Source: Candidatus Campbellbacteria bacterium GW2011_OD1_34_28
Lineage (GTDB): Bacteria; Patescibacteriota; Minisyncoccia; Phycocordibacterales; UBA12079
Direction: 5' to 3'
Assembly: GCA_001029775.1 (NCBI GenBank)
Contig: CP011215.1
Span: forward strand, 682,303-746,302
DNA: 64,000 bases
Shown here: one piece after another, positions 1 through 8,750 of the stretch
How the letters are laid out: the number at the start of each line of letters is the position of its first letter
How positions within the stretch are numbered: position 1 is the first letter of the stretch
The notes under the pieces: generated by a model
Seen by the model: the letters and a program-made list of their open reading frames with translations, nothing else
Database searches by the model: none
Told to the model about the DNA's origin: nothing
Position numbers and translations under genes: made by a program

Positions 1-521
1 ATGGAACGGACGCCCTTCGCATGTCTTTAATTGTTGCGGTTGCTCCAGGGCAAGATATTCGTTTTAGCGAAGAAAAAACAATGGCTTACAAAAAATTTGC
101 CAACAAACTTTGGAACATCGCCCGTTTTGTTTATTCAAATACTGAAAATTTTGATTATGAAAATTTTGACGTAAACAACCTAGCCGATTATGAAAAAAAT
201 ATTTTAGCAAAATTTGACGATCTTATTTCAGAAATAACTGAAGAAATGAAAGAATACAAATTGTATCTGACATCAGAAAAACTTTATCACTTTGTGTGGC
301 ACGAAATGGCAGATGTAATATTGGAAGAATCAAAAGATGCTCTAGCCGACAAGACATCTCTACAAGACAAAGCCAATAAACAATTTATGCTTTTGAATTT
401 ATTTGAAAAGGTCTTGAAAACCCTTCATCCATTTATGCCCTATATAACAGAAGAAATTTGGACAGACTTTCCAAAAAAACAAAAAAATCTATTGGTGGTA
501 GAAAAATGGCCGACGACTTAA
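1..521 (+). CDS. class I aminoacyl-tRNA synthetase, C-terminal fragment (probably valyl-tRNA synthetase); 5' end lies outside the window
   Basis: Frame 3 is open from nt 3 with no upstream stop. The ALR...APG.DIRFSE and NKLWNIARF motifs are typical of the ValRS/IleRS anticodon-binding region. Followed by a hairpin terminator. Confidence 0.5.
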   Translation, partial: GTDALRMSLIVAVAPGQDIRFSEEKTMAYKKFANKLWNIARFVYSNTENFDYENFDVNNLADYEKNILAKFDDLISEITEEMKEYKLYLTSEKLYHFVWHEMADVILEESKDALADKTSLQDKANKQFMLLNLFEKVLKTLHPFMPYITEEIWTDFPKKQKNLLVVEKWPTT

Positions 522-547
522 AAGTTTACGGAACATAAATTAAAAAA

Positions 548-577
548 CTGCAGAGGTTAAACCCCTGCAGTTTTTGA
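548..577. terminator. bidirectional intrinsic terminator (ctgcagagg-ttaaa-cccctgcag + T-run)
   Basis: Perfect inverted repeat followed by tttttg, between convergent genes. Confidence 0.6.
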
Positions 578-585
578 TTTTCGAT

Positions 586-1092
586 TTAATTCGGCATTCT
601 GCCGGCCGAATTTTCTCCAACCTTGTAAAAAGATTCTGCTGGCTTGTTAGCCAAAGCTTCTGTCTTTTTTTGCTCAAAGAAAACAATTAAAACCAACCTG
701 GACAAACCAGAACTACAAATTTTAAAAATAAAAATTGCCAAGAAAATTACAAGAAGAAAAGAAGATAATTGGAACATATTTAAACCGTCATTATAGAAAG
801 ACTCGAAAATAAAGGATACTTGCACAAAAATCAAAGCGGCCGAAAGTCCAAAAATAAAAAGACAGGTTAATATTGCTTTTGGTTTTTGCTGTAGACTAAT
901 TTCATCCTCACCACCGGCGAGAAAAAAATAATATCCGACAGCAACAAGAACAGAAAAATATGGCGTCAGCCAGCTGTAAACAATCAATATTTTATCAGTG
1001 TTCTCCGGCACAGGAACAGAAAAAAAGACCGACAAAAGAAACCACATTAATACCGACAACACCAACGATTTACGATCAATATTCATACACAC
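586..1092 (-). CDS. hypothetical multi-pass membrane protein
   Basis: Long ORF with several hydrophobic segments; no recognised motif. Confidence 0.35.
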   Translation of the reverse strand: MCMNIDRKSLVLSVLMWFLLSVFFSVPVPENTDKILIVYSWLTPYFSVLVAVGYYFFLAGGEDEISLQQKPKAILTCLFIFGLSAALIFVQVSFIFESFYNDGLNMFQLSSFLLVIFLAIFIFKICSSGLSRLVLIVFFEQKKTEALANKPAESFYKVGENSAGRMPN

Positions 1093-1224
1093 CTCTCATT
1101 TCCTTTTTTTTATTTGTTTAGAACCAAATCCAATGTTATTTATAATCTTTTACAAAATTTAAGTCAACCAAACCATACTCTTTTCCACTTTCTACTTTCC
1201 ACTTTCTACCTTATACTTTAATCA

Positions 1225-1944
1225 ATGCAAACATTGCTCGCTTTTTCTCTTGGAATTCTACCCACCATTATCTGGTTGGGTTTTTGGCTTGGGGAAGACA
1301 AAAAAAATCCAGAACCAAAACGATTTATATTTTTAGCATTTTGGGCAGGAATGGTCAGTGTACTGGTTGCTCAACTGGCAGGAGACAAAATAATGGAATT
1401 ATTTTTTCAGGAAAAAGAAGCTATCACTCTTTTTGTTTTGTTACTTTTGGCAGGATCAGAAGAAATAATAAAATATCTTTTTGCCGGATTTTCCGTTCTT
1501 AGAAAATCAGTCAACGATGAACCGATAGATGCTGTTATTTATATGATAACCGTTGCTCTGGGATTTTCTGCTATGGAAAATACTTTGTATCTATGGGATA
1601 TCGCCGGATCAGACCAACTTTACAAAACAATTGTCGTTGGAAATATGAGATTTATTGGTGCTACGGTTCTTCACACCGCTAGTTCAAGCATAATTGGTAT
1701 AATGTTGGCACTTACTTTTTATAAGCCAAAAATCATAAAATTTATTGCTTCTATATTTGGACTTATCCTCGCTATTACATTGCACACAAGTTTTAATTTT
1801 CTTATAATAAATGATATAGAAGGAAACATCTTTAAGGTGTTTATGTTTATCTGGATAGTGATATTGGTGCTTCTATTATTTTTTGAAAAAATAAAACAAA
1901 TCCAAGCGAAACAAAAATTATCAAATAACAAAAAGAAAAAATAA
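1225..1944 (+). CDS. PrsW-family intramembrane protease-like membrane protein
   Basis: Multi-TM protein with an EEIIK (EExxK) motif and conserved His in TM segments (FIGATVLHT, LHTSFN), as in PrsW proteases. Confidence 0.5.
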   Translation: MQTLLAFSLGILPTIIWLGFWLGEDKKNPEPKRFIFLAFWAGMVSVLVAQLAGDKIMELFFQEKEAITLFVLLLLAGSEEIIKYLFAGFSVLRKSVNDEPIDAVIYMITVALGFSAMENTLYLWDIAGSDQLYKTIVVGNMRFIGATVLHTASSSIIGIMLALTFYKPKIIKFIASIFGLILAITLHTSFNFLIINDIEGNIFKVFMFIWIVILVLLLFFEKIKQIQAKQKLSNNKKKK

Positions 1945-1945
1945 A

Positions 1946-2410
1946 ATGAAATCATTTTTTGAAAAATTAACAGGAACAGTAGATATAGACGAGTTGGACA
2001 AATCCTCTGACAACAAAAAATCTCATGACGAAGATAACGATTATGAAGAAAACGAAGAAAAAAATTGGATGGAAGAAGAAGAGGGAGAATTGACCATAGA
2101 TATGTATCAAGACAACGACAACGTCATTGTCAAAACAATGGTGGCAGGAGTAAAGCCAGAAGATCTGGATGTTGATATTTCAAGAGACATGGTAACAATT
2201 CGCGGAAAAAGAGAAGAATCACACGAAGTTGAAAATCAAGATTATTTTTCAAGAGAACTTTATTGGGGTTCTTTTTCAAGAACAATCACCTTGCCTACTG
2301 AAATAAATATTGACGAGGCACAAGCCGAAGAAAAACACGGTCTTCTTACTCTTATTCTTCCAAAAACAGACAAGGGAAAAAAGGCAAAACTTAAAGTAAA
2401 ATCAAAATAA
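1946..2410 (+). CDS. small heat-shock protein, Hsp20/alpha-crystallin family
   Basis: Alpha-crystallin domain pattern (VKPEDLDVDIS...VTIRGKRE...GSFSRTITLP...GLLTLILPK). Confidence 0.8.
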   Translation: MKSFFEKLTGTVDIDELDKSSDNKKSHDEDNDYEENEEKNWMEEEEGELTIDMYQDNDNVIVKTMVAGVKPEDLDVDISRDMVTIRGKREESHEVENQDYFSRELYWGSFSRTITLPTEINIDEAQAEEKHGLLTLILPKTDKGKKAKLKVKSK

Positions 2411-2413
2411 ATT

Positions 2414-2869
2414 ATGGCAGAAGAAACCCAAGAAAAGACACCTTTTAAACAACTAACAAGTTTTTATTTTTCAAACAATTGGTATTCTTTTTTTACCATT
2501 ACTTATTTACTATTTTTTCTTTATTCCGCGATTTTCTTTCTAGATTATGTGTTTACCGCACTAAAATTCATCCTTTACACACTAGGGCTTTCTACCCCGC
2601 TTTTAGGATTGAATTCTTTGTTTTGGGGAATAATGTTTGTTATCTCTCTGGTAATACCTTTCTCTGTCAGTCTTTCTGCAATCGTTGTCTTTTATGATCT
2701 GTGGGCAAAGACAAAATTGCAAATAAAACAAAAAATGATTCTCTCCGTCTTTATTGTTATAATAATAGTTACGATAATAGTTACGATGGATGACATAATT
2801 AGAAATGTCGCACGCCAGCCAAGTCTAAACGACTTTATAGAGAAAAGTGGTTTGATACAAAGAATTTAA
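2414..2869 (+). CDS. hypothetical membrane protein
   Basis: Hydrophobic ORF 4 nt after the hsp20 stop, followed by a terminator. Confidence 0.35.
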   Translation: MAEETQEKTPFKQLTSFYFSNNWYSFFTITYLLFFLYSAIFFLDYVFTALKFILYTLGLSTPLLGLNSLFWGIMFVISLVIPFSVSLSAIVVFYDLWAKTKLQIKQKMILSVFIVIIIVTIIVTMDDIIRNVARQPSLNDFIEKSGLIQRI

Positions 2870-2875
2870 AAACAG

Positions 2876-2908
2876 AAAAAGCCGATGCATCAAGTATCGG
2901 CTTTTTCT
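2876..2908 (+). terminator. intrinsic terminator (gccgatgcatcaagtatcggc + T-run)
   Basis: Hairpin followed by tttttct. Confidence 0.6.
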
Positions 2909-2910
2909 GT

Positions 2911-3666
2911 CTAAATAAAAATTCTCGTCCTCTTTATACCATATGCAATTCCCCCTAATTCATTCGCAATGCCTCTCACATATGTACCCGAGGAACATTT
3001 AATCCGAAACTTTGATATTACAAATTCACTTGGAACACGAACATCCAAGTTGTTGTTTAAAATATTTTTCCATTCTTTTTTTATTTCTTCTTGTCTAAAA
3101 TCTCCTTTTATTTTTTCAATCCTACTCAAAATATTTTTTAACAATTCTTCCTTTTCTATTTTTCTATTCTCCAAAAATTCTGCTTCGTAAATTTCTATCT
3201 CTGCATCAGGTATTTCTATCTCATTCAGTCTTCCCTCTCTTGCCCACTGAAAAAGTTGTTTACCTTTTACTGTCATAGATGAATATGGTGGATATTTCTG
3301 AATAAACTTCCCTTTTAAATTCACGATCTTATTCTTCAAAGAATTTGAGAATTCGAAATTTTTAAACTTTTTTAGGACTGGGTCGGACCCAGTCTGTTTT
3401 GGAATTCCGAGAACGTCATAAGTATCTGTTTGGAAACCCCAAAGAATTTCAAATTCATATTCTTTGTCCAATCCCAAATATTCATCCTTGTTCTTGCATT
3501 CCTCCCCAACAAGCACCAACAAAACACCTTCTGCCATCGGGTCAAGCCTGCCAGCATAAGTCATTTTTTGATCTCCAAATCTCACGTTCTCTTTTCTAAA
3601 TTTTTCTATCGCTTCTAATGGAGTCTCCCCTTCTTTTTTATACAATTCAAAAATCATATACTTCAT
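2911..3666 (-). CDS. truB: tRNA pseudouridine(55) synthase TruB
   Basis: YAGRLDPMAEGVLLVLVGEECK catalytic Asp motif; the C-terminal region is similar to the PUA domain. Confidence 0.85.
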   Translation of the reverse strand: MKYMIFELYKKEGETPLEAIEKFRKENVRFGDQKMTYAGRLDPMAEGVLLVLVGEECKNKDEYLGLDKEYEFEILWGFQTDTYDVLGIPKQTGSDPVLKKFKNFEFSNSLKNKIVNLKGKFIQKYPPYSSMTVKGKQLFQWAREGRLNEIEIPDAEIEIYEAEFLENRKIEKEELLKNILSRIEKIKGDFRQEEIKKEWKNILNNNLDVRVPSEFVISKFRIKCSSGTYVRGIANELGGIAYGIKRTRIFI

Positions 3667-3737
3667 ATTATATATTAAACTTTAAATTACAAGATTGCCT
3701 GCCAAATTCTTCTATGATATCAACTATAAGCTTGTAA

Positions 3738-3766
3738 AATATTTATGCTAGACATGAGAATTAAAA
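3738..3766 (+). promoter_or_regulatory. candidate sigma70-like promoter (TAGACA-N15-TATACT) upstream of the structured ncRNA
   Basis: tagaca...tatact hexamers about 20 nt upstream of where the GC-rich structured region begins. Confidence 0.3.
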
Positions 3767-3784
3767 TCGTATACTATCTTTAAT

Positions 3785-4140
3785 AGCCAAATCGGGAGAA
3801 TTTGCTTGTTCTCCATCCCGAAGAGGTCATAAGTTCCGTTGGCGGACGGGACTTTGACGAAGGATCATTACCGACAACCCGCCGAGGTATTGATCCACCT
3901 TAACCGCACCGATCATAAAATCGGTGGCTCGGGCTATCAGTTACCACCTGTGATGACACTGTTCTCACCGGATATGCCCCGAGCAAAAATCCTGCCTAGC
4001 GACAGGACGAACATTCGCTTTAGACACAAAAGAGATGCCCGGCTGGGTCCCCCAGAACGGCGGTCGTAACTATAACGATCCTAATGTTTAATTTGCCATA
4101 TAAGTAAGGCATCTAGACAACACTCTCTTTTGTGTCTTTT
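3785..4140 (+). ncRNA. GC-rich structured ncRNA of unresolved identity (RNase P RNA-like features; not tmRNA)
   Basis: A 580-bp ORF-free gap between divergent truB and hisS. GC content rises sharply in a ~350-nt block. Multiple hairpins (gggagaa/ttctcc, caccgat/atcggtg, cctg/cagg) and a GCUCGGGCU...GCCCGGCU long-range pairing with a bulged U. A stem plus T-run lies at ~4120-4160. The 76-aa ORF 3839..4069 inside it looks spurious. Confidence 0.4.
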
Positions 4141-4247
4141 TTTATTTATTTTTTATTTTGTGCATTTAGAAACGATCGTTTCTAAATGCACAAAAATGAA
4201 TTATTCTTTTTCTTGTTAAATCTAGCGATTTTGCTAGAATTTAGAAT

Positions 4248-5537
4248 ATGGAAAAATTAAACACAAATCCTTACAAAGGTGTCCGCGATTTTTATCCAGA
4301 AGACAAGTTTATACAAGAATATATTTTTGAAAAAATGCGAGAAATTGTAGAATCTTTTGGCTACGAAAAATACGATGCTTCTATACTAGAATCTACCGAT
4401 TTGTACAAAGCAAAATCGGGAGAAGAAATCGTAAATGAGCAAACTTATTCTTTCACCGACCGTGGAGGACGAGATGTAACTTTGCGTCCAGAAATGACAC
4501 CAACTATTGCAAGAATGGTGGCAGGCAAAAAAAGAGAATTAATATTCCCCCTTCGTTGGTATTCAATAGTAAATAATTTTAGATACGAGAGACCGCAAAA
4601 AGGCCGTGGTAGAGAATTTTGGCAACTAAATGTAGATATATTTGGAGTAAAAGGCATAGAAGCAGAAATTGAAACAATCACAATCGCCTACAAAATAATG
4701 CAAAACTTAGGAGCGCTAGACAGAGATTTTGTAATTAAAATAAGTTTTGCAGGAATCGTCGGAACAATCCTTTCTGAAAAGTTTAATTTGGAGGGAGACG
4801 AGAAAAAGAAAATTGTTAGATTGATTGATAGATGGAACGGAAATAAAATTTCTGATGAAGATTTTAATAAGGAAATGGAAGATATCTTGGGAAAAGGACG
4901 CGGTGAAGATCTAAAAAAATCACTCGTAAGTGGAGAAATTGAAAAAATAATGAATTCTCAACCCGAAGTTCAACTTTGTCAGACGATAGTAAAAAAATTG
5001 AACGAACGAGGAATAACCAATGTGTCTTTTGATCCATTTTTGGTAAGAGGTTTTGATTATTACACCGGAGTTATTTTTGAAGTTTTTGACAAAGATCCTA
5101 ACAACAACAGAGCGATGTTTGGTGGTGGTCGTTATGACAACCTCCTAGACATCTTTGGTGAAGAAAAAATACCCGCTGTTGGATTTGGTATGGGAGATAT
5201 GACAGCATTGGATTTTTTGGAAAGCAGAAACCTATTGCCTGGATACTTGCCCAAAACAGATTTGTATCTTTGTATTCTTGAAGATAAATATACAGATTTT
5301 TCAGACGACTTGGCCGAGGCTTTTAGAGCTCAAGGTTTAGATATTGCCGTAGATTATTCCTACAAAAAAGTAGGTGATCAAATAAAAAAAGCAAATAAAA
5401 AGAAAGTTCCTTTTGTAATTTGTATTGGAGATGATGAGGTTAAAAATGACAAATTTACATTGAAAAGATTAGTAGATGGAAAAGAATTTTTTGATGTGAC
5501 AAGAAAAGATATAAAAGAAATAATTGAAAAAAAATAA
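4248..5537 (+). CDS. hisS: histidyl-tRNA synthetase
   Basis: Class II aaRS motifs (TYSFTDRGGRDVTLRPEMT, FRYERPQKGRGREFWQ, GGGRYD); anticodon-binding C-terminus. Confidence 0.9.
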   Translation: MEKLNTNPYKGVRDFYPEDKFIQEYIFEKMREIVESFGYEKYDASILESTDLYKAKSGEEIVNEQTYSFTDRGGRDVTLRPEMTPTIARMVAGKKRELIFPLRWYSIVNNFRYERPQKGRGREFWQLNVDIFGVKGIEAEIETITIAYKIMQNLGALDRDFVIKISFAGIVGTILSEKFNLEGDEKKKIVRLIDRWNGNKISDEDFNKEMEDILGKGRGEDLKKSLVSGEIEKIMNSQPEVQLCQTIVKKLNERGITNVSFDPFLVRGFDYYTGVIFEVFDKDPNNNRAMFGGGRYDNLLDIFGEEKIPAVGFGMGDMTALDFLESRNLLPGYLPKTDLYLCILEDKYTDFSDDLAEAFRAQGLDIAVDYSYKKVGDQIKKANKKKVPFVICIGDDEVKNDKFTLKRLVDGKEFFDVTRKDIKEIIEKK

Positions 5538-5540
5538 ATC

Positions 5541-6119
5541 GTGAAAAAAATTACTTTTGATATTGAAACCCAAAATACCTTTGAAGATGTCGGTTCTAAC
5601 GACCCAAAAGACCTAGATATTTCTCTGGTTTGTATCCACAATTCTGAGACTGATTCATATGATACTTTTATGCATGATGATCTGGATCGTCTTTGGCCTA
5701 TTCTCGAAAAAACTGATATGTTAATTGGATATAACTCGGATCATTTTGATATCCCCCTTTTAAACAAATATTGTCCTAATGATTTAACTATGATCAAAAG
5801 CTTGGATATTTTAAAAGAAATTAAAAATTCAACAGGCCGACGATTTAAATTGGACAGTATCGCTGAAGCAACCCTTGGAATAAACAAAAGTGGTCACGGA
5901 TTGGATGCTATAAAATGGTGGAATTCGGGAGAAATAGAAAAAATAAAAAAATATTGTCTAGACGATGTAAAAATAACAAAAGAGGTTTATGAGTATGCTC
6001 TTAAAAATAAAAAATTGAAATATAAAGACAGAATGACTCATAAAATATTGGATATAAATCTAAACACCGACGACTGGGAAGAAAAACAAGACAGTGGTAT
6101 AACAAATTCGTTGTTTTAA
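5541..6119 (+). CDS. DnaQ-like (DEDD) 3'-5' exonuclease superfamily protein
   Basis: FDIET (Exo I) and YNSDHFDIPLL (Exo II) motifs; GTG start. Confidence 0.5.
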   Translation: MKKITFDIETQNTFEDVGSNDPKDLDISLVCIHNSETDSYDTFMHDDLDRLWPILEKTDMLIGYNSDHFDIPLLNKYCPNDLTMIKSLDILKEIKNSTGRRFKLDSIAEATLGINKSGHGLDAIKWWNSGEIEKIKKYCLDDVKITKEVYEYALKNKKLKYKDRMTHKILDINLNTDDWEEKQDSGITNSLF

Positions 6120-6127
6120 TTTTTTTC

Positions 6128-6136
6128 TGTTATAAT
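6128..6136 (+). promoter_or_regulatory. extended -10 element (TGTTATAAT) upstream of the DsbA-like gene
   Basis: Exact TGnTATAAT match. Confidence 0.3.
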
Positions 6137-6225
6137 GCAAATTATATAGAAAGTGGCAGGTGAAAATAGGACTTCCTATTAAAATCTCACAATCTAAATT
6201 ATTATAAATTAAGTAAATAATTATT

Positions 6226-6915
6226 ATGGAAGAAAGTAACAAATTTATCGTTCCGGTAGCAATCATTATTGCCGGCGCATTAATTGCTTGGGGTTTAATT
6301 TCAAACGATTCTCCAAAAACAGATGATCAAAACAATGACGATCCAGACACAACAGCTCAGATAATGCCTGTCTCAGAAAAAGATCACATCTTGGGAGATC
6401 CAAACGCAGAACTTATCATCGTGGAATATTCAGATTTGGAATGTCCTTTCTGTAAAAACTTTTACATCACATCAAAAAAAGTAATTGATGAATATGGAAA
6501 AGACGGAAAAGTAGCGTTGGTATTTAGACACTTCCCATTAGATTCTCTTCACTCACAAGCAAGAGGTGAAGCTATCGCAACAGAATGTGCTGCTGAATTG
6601 GGAGGAAACGAGAAATTCTGGGAATATATGGATGAATTGTTCGCAATTACACCATCAAACAATGGCTTAGATCTTGCACAACTCCCTGTGATTGCTAAAA
6701 AGATTGGCTTGGACGAAGAAAAATTTATGGAATGTCTAAACAATCCAGAGATGGCAGAAAGAGTTGAGGAACAATTCCAAGACGGAATAGTTGCCGGAGC
6801 AAAAGGAACTCCTTACTCATTGATTCTTGATAAAGATGGAGGAAAGACAGTTATCAACGGAGCACAACCTTACAATGTAGTAAAAGAAATGATTGAAAGT
6901 CTTTTGAACAGATAA
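6226..6915 (+). CDS. DsbA-like thiol:disulfide oxidoreductase (thioredoxin fold), membrane-anchored
   Basis: N-terminal TM, CPFC active site, FRHFPL DsbA-like context. Confidence 0.7.
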   Translation: MEESNKFIVPVAIIIAGALIAWGLISNDSPKTDDQNNDDPDTTAQIMPVSEKDHILGDPNAELIIVEYSDLECPFCKNFYITSKKVIDEYGKDGKVALVFRHFPLDSLHSQARGEAIATECAAELGGNEKFWEYMDELFAITPSNNGLDLAQLPVIAKKIGLDEEKFMECLNNPEMAERVEEQFQDGIVAGAKGTPYSLILDKDGGKTVINGAQPYNVVKEMIESLLNR

Positions 6916-6925
6916 TCAAAATTTA

Positions 6926-6964
6926 TAAAAATCCACGCAAGCTTGCGTGGATTTTTATTTTTAT
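6926..6964 (+). terminator. intrinsic terminator (atccacgcaagcttgcgtggat + T-run)
   Basis: Perfect hairpin followed by tttttatttttat. Confidence 0.6.
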
Positions 6965-6977
6965 ATATTTCTATATT

Positions 6978-8486
6978 TTATTTCACCAAATCTCGCAAAT
7001 GTTCAAATATTTTTACCATTGCGAATGTATCCAATTTACAATATTCCAACAAATTCTTTTTTTGTTTTTCGGAATCCTCTTTTGAATATCCGCCAGTTAC
7101 TATTTGATTCCAAGTATTTGAAGCTGTCCCCCCTTCCTTTATCTCCAGCTTCTTATAAGACAATTCTGGCACCAAAGCAGGCAAAGCATATTTTATAGAA
7201 GTCTTTCCCTTAAAATCTGGGTGAACATAAAACTGAGCTTTAAAAATATCTTCCAAATCTACCATTCTATCATTCAAATTATCTATAAATTTTTTGTATT
7301 CGGGATTTCTTTTTGCCAAATCGTTATTTCTGCCTATCTCAAAACTTTTATGCCAAGAGACGACACTGCCTTTTGTGGGTATCATTTCTTGCAAAGCCTT
7401 TATCATTTCCATATCTGGATTTTTGTTTTCGGTAAATAAAAATTCTTTATGAATCAATTCTCCGTCTGGTTCTTCCATAATATGAACGGAAAATTGAAAA
7501 GGAATTTGATTATAAGGGCTGTACCCATCATATCGAGGTATCGCACAAGCATAAGTTTCGTAATCAAAGAAAGCCAGTGGATATTGCAAAGCTGACAGAA
7601 ATTCTCTTATTCCCGATTCGTCTATCATTGTCTTGCCTGTTTTTGCAGAAATAATCTGATTTTTTTGTGCATCAGACAATTTTAAATCATCTGGCACATC
7701 CAGAATATTCAAAATTCCACCATCAACCAATTCTTCCAATTTTCTCTTTGAAAGACCAATTCTGGAAATATCATGCACAGAGTATTTTGGAATATCTGGA
7801 TTAGAATAGAGAAAAGTCGTGCAGTGGCTGTTTCTCCCCTTTGTGATACAAGGACAATTACCCGACGGCTCTTTTTCTTGTATCAAAAAATCGTAAGCAA
7901 CAGCCGTTTCATTTTTTACGAGTTCCTCTATCTCCAAAACTCTGTCGGTAAAATCTTCTTTTGTAAATAATTGTCGCAAGTCCAAATCTCCTCTTCTCAC
8001 ATATTCTGGATTAAGACGCACTAAATATAATTGTCCAACAGGGACACCCACTTCTTTCAAAACCATATATTGAAATGCCAGATCAAATGTATACAATTCA
8101 TTTTTTGATTTTTTCTTTTTATCGTCTCCACTGTTAGACGCCTTTACCTCATAAACATCGTATTTTTGAGTACTTTCGTTCCAAACCAAAATATCTGAAG
8201 CAATTTGATATTTTTCTGTTTCAAAAGCAGGCTGATAAATAACAGGTGTTTTCTTTTCAACGAGCTCTTTTGTAAGCGCAAAATCATATCGCCCTTCCAC
8301 CAAAACGCCACCTTTGAATAAATCTCTTGCAACCAAGTCTACCTCGTTTCCTGTTTCAATAATTCCCTCTTCAAATTCGGTTAGTGGAAAAGAATAATAA
8401 ACATCGGGTTTATGCATCTTAACCCAAGCGTTTTTGCCACATTCTCGATATATTAAATAGTTTGTCTTTGAAACCTTTTTTGTCAT
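6978..8486 (-). CDS. DUF2779-like protein with an N-terminal PD-(D/E)xK (RecB-like) nuclease motif
   Basis: N-terminus KTNYLIYRECGKNAWVKMHKP; D...EVK motif (YDVYEVKAS); Cys cluster CPCITKGRNSHC. Confidence 0.4.
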   Translation of the reverse strand: MTKKVSKTNYLIYRECGKNAWVKMHKPDVYYSFPLTEFEEGIIETGNEVDLVARDLFKGGVLVEGRYDFALTKELVEKKTPVIYQPAFETEKYQIASDILVWNESTQKYDVYEVKASNSGDDKKKKSKNELYTFDLAFQYMVLKEVGVPVGQLYLVRLNPEYVRRGDLDLRQLFTKEDFTDRVLEIEELVKNETAVAYDFLIQEKEPSGNCPCITKGRNSHCTTFLYSNPDIPKYSVHDISRIGLSKRKLEELVDGGILNILDVPDDLKLSDAQKNQIISAKTGKTMIDESGIREFLSALQYPLAFFDYETYACAIPRYDGYSPYNQIPFQFSVHIMEEPDGELIHKEFLFTENKNPDMEMIKALQEMIPTKGSVVSWHKSFEIGRNNDLAKRNPEYKKFIDNLNDRMVDLEDIFKAQFYVHPDFKGKTSIKYALPALVPELSYKKLEIKEGGTASNTWNQIVTGGYSKEDSEKQKKNLLEYCKLDTFAMVKIFEHLRDLVK

Positions 8487-8750
8487 ATTGAGTATATTAA
8501 CATAAATTTATAAAACCCGTCTTTTAAGACGGGTTTTATAAATTTAAATATTTAGAGTTTTAAAAGTTTAAATCTAATTTTCAGATTTAGATGAAATTCG
8601 AGGAAATGAGGAAAAATTTTTTGAAGCCTTTTAAATCTTTAAATTTGGATGCAGAACGAGGAGCCAACAAAAAATTCCTTAAGGCGTATCGTGAATACGA
8701 CGAAAGGAATTTTTTGGAAGGCGACAAAGTTATGCGCCAAATTTAAAGAT

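Noticed and set aside
3839-4069. 76-aa ORF inside the GC-rich region
   Set aside because: Lies entirely within a hairpin-dense, compositionally atypical block with no RBS. Judged an artefact of the structured RNA.
3785-4140. tmRNA (ssrA) assignment for the structured RNA
   Set aside because: No GGGG...CCACCA acceptor pairing, no tRNA-like T-arm (GGUUCGANUCC), and no Ala-rich tag frame ending in a stop on either strand.
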